From: Candidatus Latescibacterota bacterium
GTDB lineage: Bacteria; Latescibacterota; UBA2968; UBA8231
Length of the DNA: 64,000 nt
Direction of reading: 5' to 3'
NCBI GenBank assembly: GCA_965248265.1
Contig: CBDFJF010000002.1
Span: forward strand, 320,001-384,000
The notes under the pieces were generated by a model. That model had not been told where the DNA came from. It saw only the letters and a program-made list of their open reading frames with translations, and searched no databases. The first letter of the stretch is position 1. Every line of letters starts with the position of its first letter. Below, one piece after another: positions 49,014 through 59,872 of this stretch. Position numbers and translations under genes: made by a program.

Positions 49014-50168
49014 CTATGGGTTGCGCTCCAGTACATAGATGCGCGGGTAAATGCCGCCGGTTTCGACGACGCGAGCTTGGAGACGGCGGAACAGGCCCTG
49101 GCGGCGATTGACGCGATCGATGACCCCGCGTTTCCATGATAGCATTGCCAACCGGCCGCCGGGCTGCAACACCTGTGCGGCCTGTTCAAGAAGCCGGTGG
49201 TAAAAACCGTCGAAGTTGATTCTCTGACCGTGACGGATGCCGAAGGGAGGGTTGGTGATTATCGCATCAAAGGTGCGTCCGTACACAGTCGCAATGCGCC
49301 GGGCATCACAACAGCACAGAGCAATGCGACCGCTGTGACCGGCGCTGGCGACGTTGCGCCGGGTGCCGGCCAGGGTGGTGGCGTTGTAATCGCTGCCGAA
49401 TAGGCGCAGGTGAGGATGCAGTTCAGCCGCTTCGAGCAGGATGGTTCCCGAGCCGCAGAACGGATCGAGCATGGAGGTCGTTTCATCGCTGATGCCGGCG
49501 AGATGGAGCAAGGCGTAGGCGACGTTGGCCTTGAGAGCAGCGACGGGTCGCAAGCTGCGCGATATGCGCTTGCTCAACGGGTGACGACTCAGCTGGACGC
49601 CGACGATACAGGTGCGGTCGATGACGTCGGTACGGACATCGACGTCGTAGTTCTCCAGATCGACGGCGCACCCGTGGCGCGCCAACAGGGCGCCTCCTGC
49701 AAAGCGCTGTACGTCCAGGCTTGTGAACGAATGTGTGCCGCTACGTTTGGTGGTTACGCGGAAGGTGGTAGCAGTATCCAGTTCGGGGACCCCCCGCTGT
49801 CTCAGTACGCGGTAGATGCGAGCGATCTCAGGACAGGGAGCGGCTTCCGGCGGATCTGCGCTGTTACCGGCAATGTCCTCCTCTACCATAGCAGAATCGG
49901 CAAACACCTCGACTGTTTCCGACCTATCGCTCAAGTCAAAACGATACAGCAGGCGCAGAACATGATGGATAGACCGCAGCTGTAAGGCAGTCTCGGCTCC
50001 ACTGTTGGCGGTGTGCACGATGACCTGACCGCCAAATCCGAATGGTCTCAGCTCCACCTGGGGTGCGGGCAATTTTGCCTCCGCGCAGCGCCGGCGAAAC
50101 TCCTCGGCGACTATGCTCTCCAGCCCGGGATTGGTAGTCAGCAGCAGGTGAGTCACGGTCCGTGGCAC
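49014..50168 (-). CDS. THUMP-domain RNA m2G methyltransferase (Trm14/RlmL-like)
   Basis: TNPGLE, TFRVTTKR, LDPFCGSGTI, ITNPPFG. Confidence 0.87.
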   Translation of the reverse strand: MPRTVTHLLLTTNPGLESIVAEEFRRRCAEAKLPAPQVELRPFGFGGQVIVHTANSGAETALQLRSIHHVLRLLYRFDLSDRSETVEVFADSAMVEEDIAGNSADPPEAAPCPEIARIYRVLRQRGVPELDTATTFRVTTKRSGTHSFTSLDVQRFAGGALLARHGCAVDLENYDVDVRTDVIDRTCIVGVQLSRHPLSKRISRSLRPVAALKANVAYALLHLAGISDETTSMLDPFCGSGTILLEAAELHPHLRLFGSDYNATTLAGTRRNVASAGHSGRIALCCCDARRIATVYGRTFDAIITNPPFGIRHGQRINFDGFYHRLLEQAAQVLQPGGRLAMLSWKRGVIDRVNRRQGLFRRLQARVVETGGIYPRIYVLERNP

Positions 50169-50174
50169 GGGGAA

Positions 50175-50786
50175 TCAGAGAACGCTTCGGGGATGCGGCA
50201 GGTCGCCCAGATCGATCCAGTAGCGCAGTTTGTCCAGGTCGGCCACACCTTCGCGGCCTTCCATCCGCTTGACATGGGAATCCATCTTCATGGCGGTCTC
50301 AAACTGGCCGCCATTGCTCTCGATGATTCTCTTGGAGGCCAGGTTGTCGGCGTCGCAGGTGACCAATACCCGATCCAATCCGACGCGGCGCGATTTCTCC
50401 AATGCCAGTTTGAGGATACACTTGCCATAACCCTCGCCGCGGCGGGAAGGCCGGATGCTGTAGCCGATGTGGCCCCCGTATGTAATCAAGTAGGGCGTTG
50501 CCAAATCAGGTCGCACGGAGGCCTGGCCGATGTATTCTCCGCGATCGATCAGCCAGTGGACGATGTCGACGTAGCCATGTTCCGATTTTTCTCCGAGCCT
50601 CTTGAGGTCCCAAACGAAGGTGCGAAAATCCCGTCGCAATGCCTGCAGGTCGTAGCCGAGAGCGCGGGCATAGGTCGAGTCCAGTCGATCTTCCTGGGCA
50701 AACTCGGCGGCGCCCTCGAGGAAACTGCCCTCGTAGCGCCCGTCGGGCAGCTCGAGCAGGAGGCGTTTGTCGTCTGTGTCCGTCAC
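50175..50786 (-). CDS. GNAT family N-acetyltransferase
   Basis: GGHIGYSIRPSRRGEGYG, TCDADNLASKRIIESNGG. Confidence 0.9.
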   Translation of the reverse strand: MTDTDDKRLLLELPDGRYEGSFLEGAAEFAQEDRLDSTYARALGYDLQALRRDFRTFVWDLKRLGEKSEHGYVDIVHWLIDRGEYIGQASVRPDLATPYLITYGGHIGYSIRPSRRGEGYGKCILKLALEKSRRVGLDRVLVTCDADNLASKRIIESNGGQFETAMKMDSHVKRMEGREGVADLDKLRYWIDLGDLPHPRSVL

Positions 50787-50792
50787 GCCAAC

Positions 50793-53700
50793 CTATCCTG
50801 AAAAGTCCGTCCTGTTGAATGCCCACAGTGCGAAGATGAGGGCCACACAGGTCTCCAGCACGAGAAGGGTAATCGGTAACATACTCTCAGAGAGGCTCCG
50901 AGGTAGGGGAATGGTCACCTCGTGAAAACGCGGGATGAGGGTAGAGTCAATCGGCCTGGCGGACAAGAATCCGGGCAGGTAGAGCAGGTGAGGTGAGTCG
51001 GGATCGGTGGAATCCTTGCTGCGGATGAAATCGCGCAGGGCGTCCCGGTAGCGCCAACCCTGGCGCAAGAAGCTTTGCGCTCTCTGCACTCCCGTACCAA
51101 GGAAGGCCTCCACCGAGTACTGGAAGGCGTATCCAGGAGAGAGCAGATTGACCATCCGCGCCACGCCGAACTGTCGGAACATCTGTTGATCGACCCGCCG
51201 GCGAACCGCATCGAGATCCCGCTCCATGGCGGCGACGCGCATGGCGTAGCGGCGCTCGACCTCGTAGTCGTCGAGGCGAGCCTGGGCCGCGTCCCGGGGC
51301 GTCAACCCGTCCCGTCGCACCGATTCCTCGAACGACTCTCGTATGGTATCGAGCTCCTCCCAATACGGTCCCACCGATTCGACGCTGCGCACGGCAATCA
51401 GGTAGGAGGACTGCGGGATCACGACCATGAGGACCGTCCACATGCTGACTAGAAAAACGAGGGCCGACGCCGAGGTGCCGGCCAAGGCGGAGATGCCGAT
51501 GGCCAACAACAGGAACAGGGACACCAACAGACTGCTGCAGAGCAGGAACAAGCCACCCCCCCCTGGCGATCTGGGCGTTGAACTCCAATACACCCGTACC
51601 TACGAGAGCGGCCAGGCTGATGGCACATCCCAGTACAAGGATCACCTCGAGGATGATAAAGTGAGCGAGGAACTTGGCGATCAGGAATTCAGCTCGCGCC
51701 ACAGGGTTTGCCATCGCCAGCAGCAAGGTCCCGTTTTCGCGCTCACCGGACACCGCATTGTAGGCAAGGACGATGCACAGAAACGACAGGACGTAGCGGC
51801 CGATGACGACCCAATCGACGACTTCGAAGCGCCGCATCCAATTGTTGGTTGTCCGGGTCAGGGATGTCCACATGGTCTGACCCGAGCGTGGGTTAACCCA
51901 TTGACCGGTGTACGACCAGTTGAATCCGCCTTCCGCGATGAATTCGGTGCCGACCGGATCGCTCTGAATCCGGTACCAACGGCCAGCCACGTCGCGCAGG
52001 GTCTTCGCCGAATCGTAGGACTGGGCGTCGACGGAGCGGAGACGATTGGTTTCCTGGTCGGTGCGCTCGATCTTGAGTCCGTACACCAAACCGTTGGCGA
52101 TAAAGAACAACAACAGGATCAACAAACTGACCTGGAACCGCAGCGACTTCAGGTTGTCCTGCAGCTGATGGACGAATACGGCGTGCACGGCCGAGCGCGC
52201 TATCCGACCTGGGCCGCTCTCATTGATCGGCCTGTTGCGGGACGGCGCCCATGCCGTCACCTGCTCGCCACTGTCAGGATCGTAGCGGTCGAAACGTCGT
52301 AAAGCGACGATGATGCTTCCCCCCAGAGTCAGGATCAGCATGACCAGGCCCGGAGTCATCTGCGTCAAGGTTGCCGGCAGCGAACGCTGCCACTGGCCGC
52401 CGAATTGAGGCAGATCAGTCAAGTCGAGTCGGCGCCTCGCGTCGCCGGCAGCCTCTACCTCGCGCTCCTCAACCCAGGCCATGCGCTCTTTCATGAACGG
52501 CGAGTCGGCGGCGAGCATTTGGGGTGTGACCGTCTCAGGAGTCGCGATCATCGGTTCCTGGTCCGCAGGATCGTCGCTGAACCAGCGCCGGTCGGCCATC
52601 GCTCTCTTGCCGTTCAGGAAGGCGATGATGGCCTGCCTGTATGAGCGTCCTGCCTTGCCCAGGAAGAAGCTGTCGTCCAGCGTGGTGCGCGCCAGGAAGT
52701 AGGAGAGCACCTGAAAGTTGGCGATAGGTGAGAGCAACGCCCACTCGTCGACTATGTGGGCCTGTCGCGCCAGCGGCTCCTGGTTGGCCCAGCGGTATCG
52801 GTAGCCGGCATCAGCGAGTTCGAGCAGTTTGCCGACGGAAAACAGATTGCGGTGTTGGCGCCATTCATAGCCGATTTCATGACCGTAGCGGATGTGGCCA
52901 TCCCGTTCGAGGCAAGCCATGTAGGCCTCTCCGGGACTGGGATTGCGGCGATCCCAATCCGCCATTTCACGATCATAGTCAGCGTAGAGACGCGCACTCT
53001 GATCCTGAAAAACCTGGTAGGGAGGCTCATACACGAGATACCGACTCAAGGAAGGAACGACATTGAGGTAGCCCACCCCGAATACCAACCAGCCGAAGAG
53101 GCAGATGATCAGTGAGGTGTCCGAGTTTCGCGCCAGCACCGACACCATCAAACTCAGGGAAAAGGCCTGCGCCAAGAACACACAGGAGAGCAGAAACAGC
53201 AACATGAGGCGCAGCCAGTCGTCGCGGCTCAGATCGACATCCGGGTTGGCGAGCATGATCAGGAGTGAGACGCCGAACGCGATCGCGAATGGGAAAATCA
53301 ACGACAGGGTACCGCCAAGGAGTTTGGCGAGCACGATGTAGGCGCGCGGCACCGGATTGGTCAGCATCTGTCGCAGGGTGCCACGTTCGCGCTCGGCGCT
53401 GATACCGTCGAAGCCGAGGACGACGGCGAGGAAGCTCAACAGCAGGCCGACGACAGTGGCGAAGTCGATCTGGGCAAGGGACTTCATGATCGCACTCTCG
53501 AAGCTGTGCTGCAGCGGCCAGGAGGCGATCTGGATGCGGTCGAGCTCGACCCGCATGGTGCGTCCGGCAGTGCTGAGAATTCCACGACACAGGATTGAAA
53601 GCGGTTGCGGAGGAACGACAACATCCGGTTCGAGGGCCGAGTAGACGGCCACTTCGTCGAGCGCTTCCCGGGCTTTGCGGACTTCGCGCTCGTAGGCGTC

Positions 53701-53835
53701 CATGTTGCGCGAGTAGTCCAGACTGCCGATCAGGGTGGTCAAAGCGGCCAGGAACACCGTGAACAACAGCGCCACGGCGAGGCGGAAGGTCAGCAGATTG
53801 CTCAGCAGCTCTTTGCGTACGAGGACGGCGAACAT
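50793..53835 (-). pseudogene. Double ABC-2 type permease fusion, frameshifted at a G8 tract
   Basis: Two ISAERERGTL / VSGERENGTL modules; the second continues in another frame after C8 at 51556-51563. Confidence 0.8.
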
Positions 53836-53976
53836 GGCCGCAGCATAACCTCCGACCACAGCCTGTCAAGGCAGTTGGGCTGTCTGCAATTTCGATTGCC
53901 CGGCGTTGCTACGTGAGCGATATTCGACGTGCAGTCTATTGAGTAAGGCCACCGATCGAGGATACACACACTCATT

Positions 53977-55434
53977 TTGAAAATCGAAATTCCCGAGCCC
54001 GGAGGCGTGTACTCCGAGCCGTGGTCGACGGGCAAACTGGTGCGCTTGATGTCCGTTTTCGGACCGGCCGCCATCGTCGCATCGGTCAGCATCGGCGCCG
54101 GCGAGACGATCGTCGTTGTGCGCAGTGGCGCCTGGGCAGGGTACGGCCTGATGTGGCTTGTCCTGCTCAGCTGCATCGTCAAGGGCATCTTTGTCACCTA
54201 CCTGGTCGGTCGCTATACAGCCATCAGCGGCGAGTACATCGGTCAACGGCTGGTGCGCATTCCGGGGCCCCGAGGCTGGTTCCTGATCACGCTGATTCTG
54301 CTCGAGCTGGTGGCGGCGCCCCTGGCCTGGGTGCCAATATCGAAACCTTGCGGCGATCTGGTACACCATTTGTTGCGCGACCAACTCGACGCATCCTGGT
54401 CTGAAGTCATCTTCGAGAACGCGGTCACCACCGGCTTCATCATCCTGGCGATGTTCTTCGGTCTGCGTCTTTCATTCGAGCGTCTGGAGCGGCAACAACT
54501 GCTGATTTGTGGCATTCTGGTCAGCGGCACCCTGTTGGGCACCCTGATGGTCAGGCCGGATTTCTTCCAGGCGTTGGTCGGCAGCCTCAGCATCGGCAAT
54601 CTGCCTGAATTCCCGGACTGGGCGCCCCAGGACGCTATCGAACACCCGATGCTGACCATGGCGACGGCTTTCGGTTACGTCGGGGGTGGTGTGTTCGCCT
54701 ACATCGCCTATTCGAACTGGGTCGGCCTGCACCGCTGGGGACTAACCGGCCACGACGACATCGAACGGATCCGTGCGCACGCCGCCGACAGCGATTCGAT
54801 AGACTATCTGCCCGACGAACCGGTTCAAGTGAGCCGACTGCGAAGGCTGGCCGGCCCCCTGCGATGGGACGTCTGTCTCGGGGCGATCGTCCTGTTCGTC
54901 GTGACCAGCGCCTTCATGCTCTCGGGGGCTGCGGTGCTGTATCCTCTGCAAAGCCGGTTCGAGGGCTGGAGCTTGTTGACCAATCAAGCCCACGTCTGGA
55001 GCGCCATCCATCCTACTCTTGTATGGATCTACTATGTCTGTATCATCGCTGCTCTGTGGGGGACGCTGCAGGCGCTGCCCGAGATCTACGCTCGAGTCAT
55101 GCAGGGATTCCTGACGGCGGTGTGGCCTGACCGGGAATGGAATTACGACCGTCTGAAGCGGGGTGTCTGCCTGTACATCTTCGCGGCAGCGGTCGTCCTC
55201 ATTTGGACTGATGTCGCCTTCGACGTGCTCACGCAGATCGCAGGATTCCTGTTGGCTAATCTGGCCATCGCCTTGCTGATGCCCGCTGCCATCTATCTCA
55301 ACTTCAAGCTACCGCCCGCCTACCGCACCGGCAGGATAACTCTTGCCGGTTCTCTGGTCTCCGTGGTCGTGCTCGCCATCTTCGCCGTCATCAGCGGCTG
55401 GAGCCTGGCCGGCAAACTGTTCGGCGCAGGTTGA
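53977..55434 (+). CDS. Nramp-like (YcsG-type) membrane transporter
   Basis: FGPAAIVASVSIGAGE, GYGLMW, GRY..SGE, about 11 TM segments. Confidence 0.8.
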   Translation: MKIEIPEPGGVYSEPWSTGKLVRLMSVFGPAAIVASVSIGAGETIVVVRSGAWAGYGLMWLVLLSCIVKGIFVTYLVGRYTAISGEYIGQRLVRIPGPRGWFLITLILLELVAAPLAWVPISKPCGDLVHHLLRDQLDASWSEVIFENAVTTGFIILAMFFGLRLSFERLERQQLLICGILVSGTLLGTLMVRPDFFQALVGSLSIGNLPEFPDWAPQDAIEHPMLTMATAFGYVGGGVFAYIAYSNWVGLHRWGLTGHDDIERIRAHAADSDSIDYLPDEPVQVSRLRRLAGPLRWDVCLGAIVLFVVTSAFMLSGAAVLYPLQSRFEGWSLLTNQAHVWSAIHPTLVWIYYVCIIAALWGTLQALPEIYARVMQGFLTAVWPDREWNYDRLKRGVCLYIFAAAVVLIWTDVAFDVLTQIAGFLLANLAIALLMPAAIYLNFKLPPAYRTGRITLAGSLVSVVVLAIFAVISGWSLAGKLFGAG

Positions 55435-55452
55435 GGTGAGCCGGCGCCGACT

Positions 55453-56886
55453 ATGCCCGCATCCGGAATCGATTTCAAGAAACTGAGCAGGAATTTTGCC
55501 TTTGCGAGCACCGGGCTGATGGTCTTGCTGCTCGGACTCGGGCAGGTTGAAATCCTGTTCTTCCTGCATCCCCTCAAGATTCCGCTGGTGGCGCTGACTG
55601 CCACAAGCTGGGCCGGGTTCTATCTGGTCAAGACCCTGCTCGATCCGATGCGCGGTGGGAAGCAGATCGTCACCACCGAGGGCCCCGGTGAGGAGGTGAT
55701 TCAAAAGGCGACGCTCGTGAGTCTGCAACAACAACCCGGTTTCGTCGCCGGCGACGTGGCTGAGGAGGAGTTCGTCAAGGGCGAGCAACGGTTCCTGGCG
55801 TTTCGCTACAGCGAAGCGGCCGATCACTTCAGGAAATCCCTCGACGCCTACTCGTCTCTGCCGACGTTGCTGAACCTGGGCGCTGCATTGTTGAACAATT
55901 CGGCGTTCGAACAGGCTCAAGAGATCCTGAACATGGGGTTACAGACGGCGCAGAGAATGGAGAAACGGCTTTTCGAAGCGGCCTTTCACGCCAACCTGGG
56001 GACCATCAACTCGCGTCTCGCCAACTACGAAACCGCGACCGAAGCCTGCGACACGGCCCTGGATCTGTTCCGCGGGGTCGGGGACAGCCGCGGCCAAGCG
56101 GACGTGTTGCTAACGATGGGCAATTTGCAGCTGAATCAGGGCGACCGCGACAAGGCCAAACGCACCTTCGAGCACGCGCTCAAGCGATACGAAGTGGCCA
56201 AGAGTTCGTTAGGCCGTGCCAATGCGGTCGGCAACCTCGGCAACCTGCTTCTTGGAGCGGGGGAGTTCGACGAGGCGCTCAAGCACCATCAACGGGCATT
56301 GGAAATCCACACCCAGACAGGCAACCCGCTGGGCCGCGCCAACGCCTTGAGCAACCTCGGCAACATCCGCTTCCGCACTGAGAAATACGACGAGGCGCTG
56401 AAGGCTCACCAGGCAGCACTCAAGATCTACGAGCAGATCGGCGCGGCACTGGGGTCCGCGGGAGCTCTGGCCAACATCGGCAACGTCCTCTTCAAGCAGA
56501 GCAAGGCGAAGGAAGCGCTGGCGACCTACGAGCAGGCGTTGAAAATTCACACCGAAGTCGGCAATGCCCTGGGAAAGGCGAACACGCTCACCAACATGGG
56601 GAGTCTGTATTCGCGGATGCGACAGGAACAGGATGCTCTCGACTGCCTGCGACAGGCGATGCGGATCTTCGAGTCGGTGGGGGCGCGCACCAAGGGGGTG
56701 GAAGCGGCGGAGGAACTGATTCGGAGAATCACGGGGGGCAAAGCCAAAATAGAAACGACGGAAGATCCGGCAGATGAGACTGACGAGTCGTCGAATGCGG
56801 ACGAAGTCGAAGCTGAAGCTGAAGCGGAAACCAAAGACACCGGCTCACGGCAGACTGAAACCGACGAAGACACTACGGCGAGTTAG
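55453..56886 (+). CDS. Membrane-anchored TPR protein (40-aa repeats)
   Basis: Two N-terminal TMs; repeated GxAxALxNLG; acidic tail. Confidence 0.85.
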   Translation: MPASGIDFKKLSRNFAFASTGLMVLLLGLGQVEILFFLHPLKIPLVALTATSWAGFYLVKTLLDPMRGGKQIVTTEGPGEEVIQKATLVSLQQQPGFVAGDVAEEEFVKGEQRFLAFRYSEAADHFRKSLDAYSSLPTLLNLGAALLNNSAFEQAQEILNMGLQTAQRMEKRLFEAAFHANLGTINSRLANYETATEACDTALDLFRGVGDSRGQADVLLTMGNLQLNQGDRDKAKRTFEHALKRYEVAKSSLGRANAVGNLGNLLLGAGEFDEALKHHQRALEIHTQTGNPLGRANALSNLGNIRFRTEKYDEALKAHQAALKIYEQIGAALGSAGALANIGNVLFKQSKAKEALATYEQALKIHTEVGNALGKANTLTNMGSLYSRMRQEQDALDCLRQAMRIFESVGARTKGVEAAEELIRRITGGKAKIETTEDPADETDESSNADEVEAEAEAETKDTGSRQTETDEDTTAS

Positions 56887-57137
56887 GCAGAAGGAAGAAA
56901 AAAAAGAGCAGCCAATTCACCTGAATGCCGGTTTCTATTTTGTCGAAGTCCCACATTACAGTGGAGAAACTTCCAACTGGGCATTCGCTTATGAATTCAG
57001 GCCACCCCTTTGCCAAGATGGACGCAAATGCCGTACCACCTGTGCACCCAGTGAAGCGGGGCGGCGGGGTCTGGAGTAGCGGCCGTTTGTTCCTACGGTC
57101 GGTCCACTACCGGGCAGGATATTCCTGCAAATAGAGC

Positions 57138-57821
57138 TCACGCCGGCTTTTGGGCTTTGATCTCTTTGATCCAGCCTACGACTTCACCGCATTTCGTCGT
57201 GAGGGCGTCAAAGTCCCCGGCAGCGACGATTTCCTTGGTGACCAGTTTCGAACCGATACCGACGCATGCTACGCCCGCATCGAACCAGGACTGAAGGCTC
57301 TCCCTGCTGGCATCCACTCCGCCGGTGGGCATGATTCTGGTCCATGGACAGGGTCCGGCAACCGATTTGACGAAGGCGGGGCCTCCGACTTCACTGCCTG
57401 GAAAAACCTTGACGATCTCGACACCAAGTTCTTCGGCCTCAGCGATTTCGCTGACGCTTCCGCAGCCCGGCGCATAGGCGATCTTGCGGCGGTTGCAGAC
57501 GCGGGCGACGTCGGGATTGAGCAGCGGGCCGACGACGAAATTGGCTCCACTGGAAATGTAGAGTCCCGCGGTGGGTGCATCGACGATCGAGCCGACACCG
57601 AGAATGACATCAAGATCGCTGTCGATGATGTGCTGGGCGGCGTCGGCGAAAACGCGGTAGGCCAGGTCGCCCCGATTGGTGAACTCGACGACGCGGGCGC
57701 CGCCCGCAGCGCAGGCCTCGATGATGGCGATGACGGTGTCGAGGTCCTTGTGATAAAACACCGGCACAACGCCGACGTCGAACATGGTGTTGAGGACCTT
57801 CATGCGATCGTACTGAGCCAT
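57138..57821 (-). CDS. eda: KHG/KDPG aldolase
   Basis: GVVPVFY, EFTNR, VKVFPG, MPTGGV. Confidence 0.92.
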   Translation of the reverse strand: MAQYDRMKVLNTMFDVGVVPVFYHKDLDTVIAIIEACAAGGARVVEFTNRGDLAYRVFADAAQHIIDSDLDVILGVGSIVDAPTAGLYISSGANFVVGPLLNPDVARVCNRRKIAYAPGCGSVSEIAEAEELGVEIVKVFPGSEVGGPAFVKSVAGPCPWTRIMPTGGVDASRESLQSWFDAGVACVGIGSKLVTKEIVAAGDFDALTTKCGEVVGWIKEIKAQKPA

Positions 57822-57964
57822 ACCAGGTTTCCTATGAGACGAGAAGCGAGCTCGGACGCTGCCTATGTGTGAGTGAATGTGACGATACGTAAGTTACCAT
57901 CGCCATGTGGCCGGTCAACAGGTTATACTTGCGACGCCCCGACCCCCTAACACCCGGCAGGCAC

Positions 57965-59209
57965 ATGAAACCAATACTGGTCAACGAACAACTGTTCGCC
58001 GAAACCGCCTATTTCAATAGTGACCAACGCCTGGTCGAGCTGGTCGAGATGTTCGGTTTCCAACGGCGACGAGTGATGCTGGGGGAGGGGGCGGTCTACA
58101 ACTTGGGGGACGAGTGCCGCCGCCTGAATGCCAGGAAGGTGTTCCTGGTTCGCGATCCTGGCATCGAAGCGCTGGAGCAGCCGGTACGTTGGATTCTCGA
58201 ACGTGAAGGCATCGAGATCACCGGTAGGTTCACGGATATCGTGCCGAATCCCCGGGTCGCCGGCGTGGACGCGCTGGCATCCGCCGTGAAGGCAGTGCCA
58301 TGTGATGCCGTCATTGCCATGGGAGGGGGCAGCACCATGGACACCGCCAAGGTCGGGTTGTGTGTGGCCACGTGCGGTGGGACAACACCAGATTACTTCG
58401 GGTTTGATCTGTTTGACAAACCATCGAGCTGGCCATTAATCGCGGTGCCGACGACAGCGGGTACCGGTGCGGAAGCCAGCAGAGTTTCCGTCATCGTGTC
58501 TGAAGGCATCAAGCAAGTCGTCTCCTCCGAGCACATCGAGCCCTCGGTCGCACTCGTCGATCCCGGTCTCACTCGAGAGTTGCCACCGGCATTGACGGCA
58601 ACTACGGCACTGGATGCGCTGGGGCATGCCCTGGAGTGCACGGCCTCGCGCAAATCGAACGAAATCGGTGATGCCGTAGCTCGCGAAGCGCTCTTGGCGG
58701 GATTGCCTTACATAGAAAAGGCGATCGCCGGTGGTACCGATTCAAGCGTCGCCCGCTATCAGATGTCCCGCTGCAGCCTGCTGGCCGGGATGCTGCTGAG
58801 CCCTATAAACACTGGCGCGGCCCACGCACTCGGCTATGGGATCGAAAAAGTTTCCCTGGCCAAGAACAAACCGGTGCCACACGGCGCCTCGGTAGCACTG
58901 GTGTTGCCGGGGGTCATGCGCCACAATGCATCGCAAGTCGCCGCCAAGTACTACTACGCCGCAGGGGTCGCGGGACTGGACTTGTCAGGCAAGAGTGTAG
59001 AGGAAGGCGCACAACTGGCTGCCGACCACGTGGACTCGTTGCGGCGCCGGTACACGGCTTTCGGATCATTGACGAGTGCAGGGCTGGACGAGGCGGACAT
59101 TCCCGAGATGGTCGAGGTAGGGATGAGTGTGCGGCGCCTCCTGGATCCAAACCCGGTCGAGGTAAAACCGGAGCAAGCAGCAGCCATCTACAGCGAAGTA
59201 CTGACGTAG
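57965..59209 (+). CDS. Iron-containing alcohol dehydrogenase
   Basis: GGGSTMDTAK, PTTAGTG, DALGHALE, AAHALG, PHG. Confidence 0.92.
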   Translation: MKPILVNEQLFAETAYFNSDQRLVELVEMFGFQRRRVMLGEGAVYNLGDECRRLNARKVFLVRDPGIEALEQPVRWILEREGIEITGRFTDIVPNPRVAGVDALASAVKAVPCDAVIAMGGGSTMDTAKVGLCVATCGGTTPDYFGFDLFDKPSSWPLIAVPTTAGTGAEASRVSVIVSEGIKQVVSSEHIEPSVALVDPGLTRELPPALTATTALDALGHALECTASRKSNEIGDAVAREALLAGLPYIEKAIAGGTDSSVARYQMSRCSLLAGMLLSPINTGAAHALGYGIEKVSLAKNKPVPHGASVALVLPGVMRHNASQVAAKYYYAAGVAGLDLSGKSVEEGAQLAADHVDSLRRRYTAFGSLTSAGLDEADIPEMVEVGMSVRRLLDPNPVEVKPEQAAAIYSEVLT

Positions 59210-59217
59210 GGAACCGT

Positions 59218-59865
59218 TCAGGGTCGCGAGGATGGAGCGCGACCACCCGCCCACAGCAGCGCGTTCTCGATCAAGCGCAGGAAATCGAGCTCCCAGAAGT
59301 CCTTCTGGTGTCCCAACGACGTATAGAAGACGCGTCCAGCCGAGGCGCGGGTCCAGGCAACGGGTTCCGTTTGCTCTTCGGTGCGTCCGTTCAACAGCAG
59401 CTGAGCATCCGCTGCCAACGGCGCTGTCCGGTAGAGGCTGCCTTGTGAGTCGAAGGGCAAGACACCGTTCAGGATCTCATCATGCGCTGCCACCACGTCG
59501 ACATGGCACAGCGGTCCGGCGCTGAAATGTCCGTCGTAATTGCCACCCAATATTTCTCGATCGAATTCCAGCCACTGTTGAAAGGCGTGACTCGCCGTCC
59601 GAACACCAACGACCGGTTTGCCTGCTTCACAATACCGTCTTATGCACTCGAGTTCGGGCCCCGCCATGGTGAGCCGTCTGGTGAACACCAGCAGGACGTC
59701 GGTATCCTCCTCCAATACACTCAAGGAATGGACGTCGCTCTCGGTCTGGTAGATGATCAGGTGGGAGTCGATGTCGGGCGCGTTTTCGCGCAGGTACCCG
59801 GCCAGGACCGTCAGTGAATCCTCCGAGTCGTACTCGAAAGAGCCGGAGAGCATGGTCACCCGCAT
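59218..59865 (-). CDS. ThuA-like domain protein
   Basis: VVGVRTASHAF, LGGNYDGH, GRVFYTSLGH. Confidence 0.85.
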   Translation of the reverse strand: MRVTMLSGSFEYDSEDSLTVLAGYLRENAPDIDSHLIIYQTESDVHSLSVLEEDTDVLLVFTRRLTMAGPELECIRRYCEAGKPVVGVRTASHAFQQWLEFDREILGGNYDGHFSAGPLCHVDVVAAHDEILNGVLPFDSQGSLYRTAPLAADAQLLLNGRTEEQTEPVAWTRASAGRVFYTSLGHQKDFWELDFLRLIENALLWAGGRAPSSRP

Positions 59866-59872
59866 TTGTCGG

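Noticed and set aside
56890-57135. ncRNA in the 250-bp convergent gap
   Set aside because: Only short hairpins (e.g. GCAGGA-TAT-TCCTGC), adequately explained as terminators
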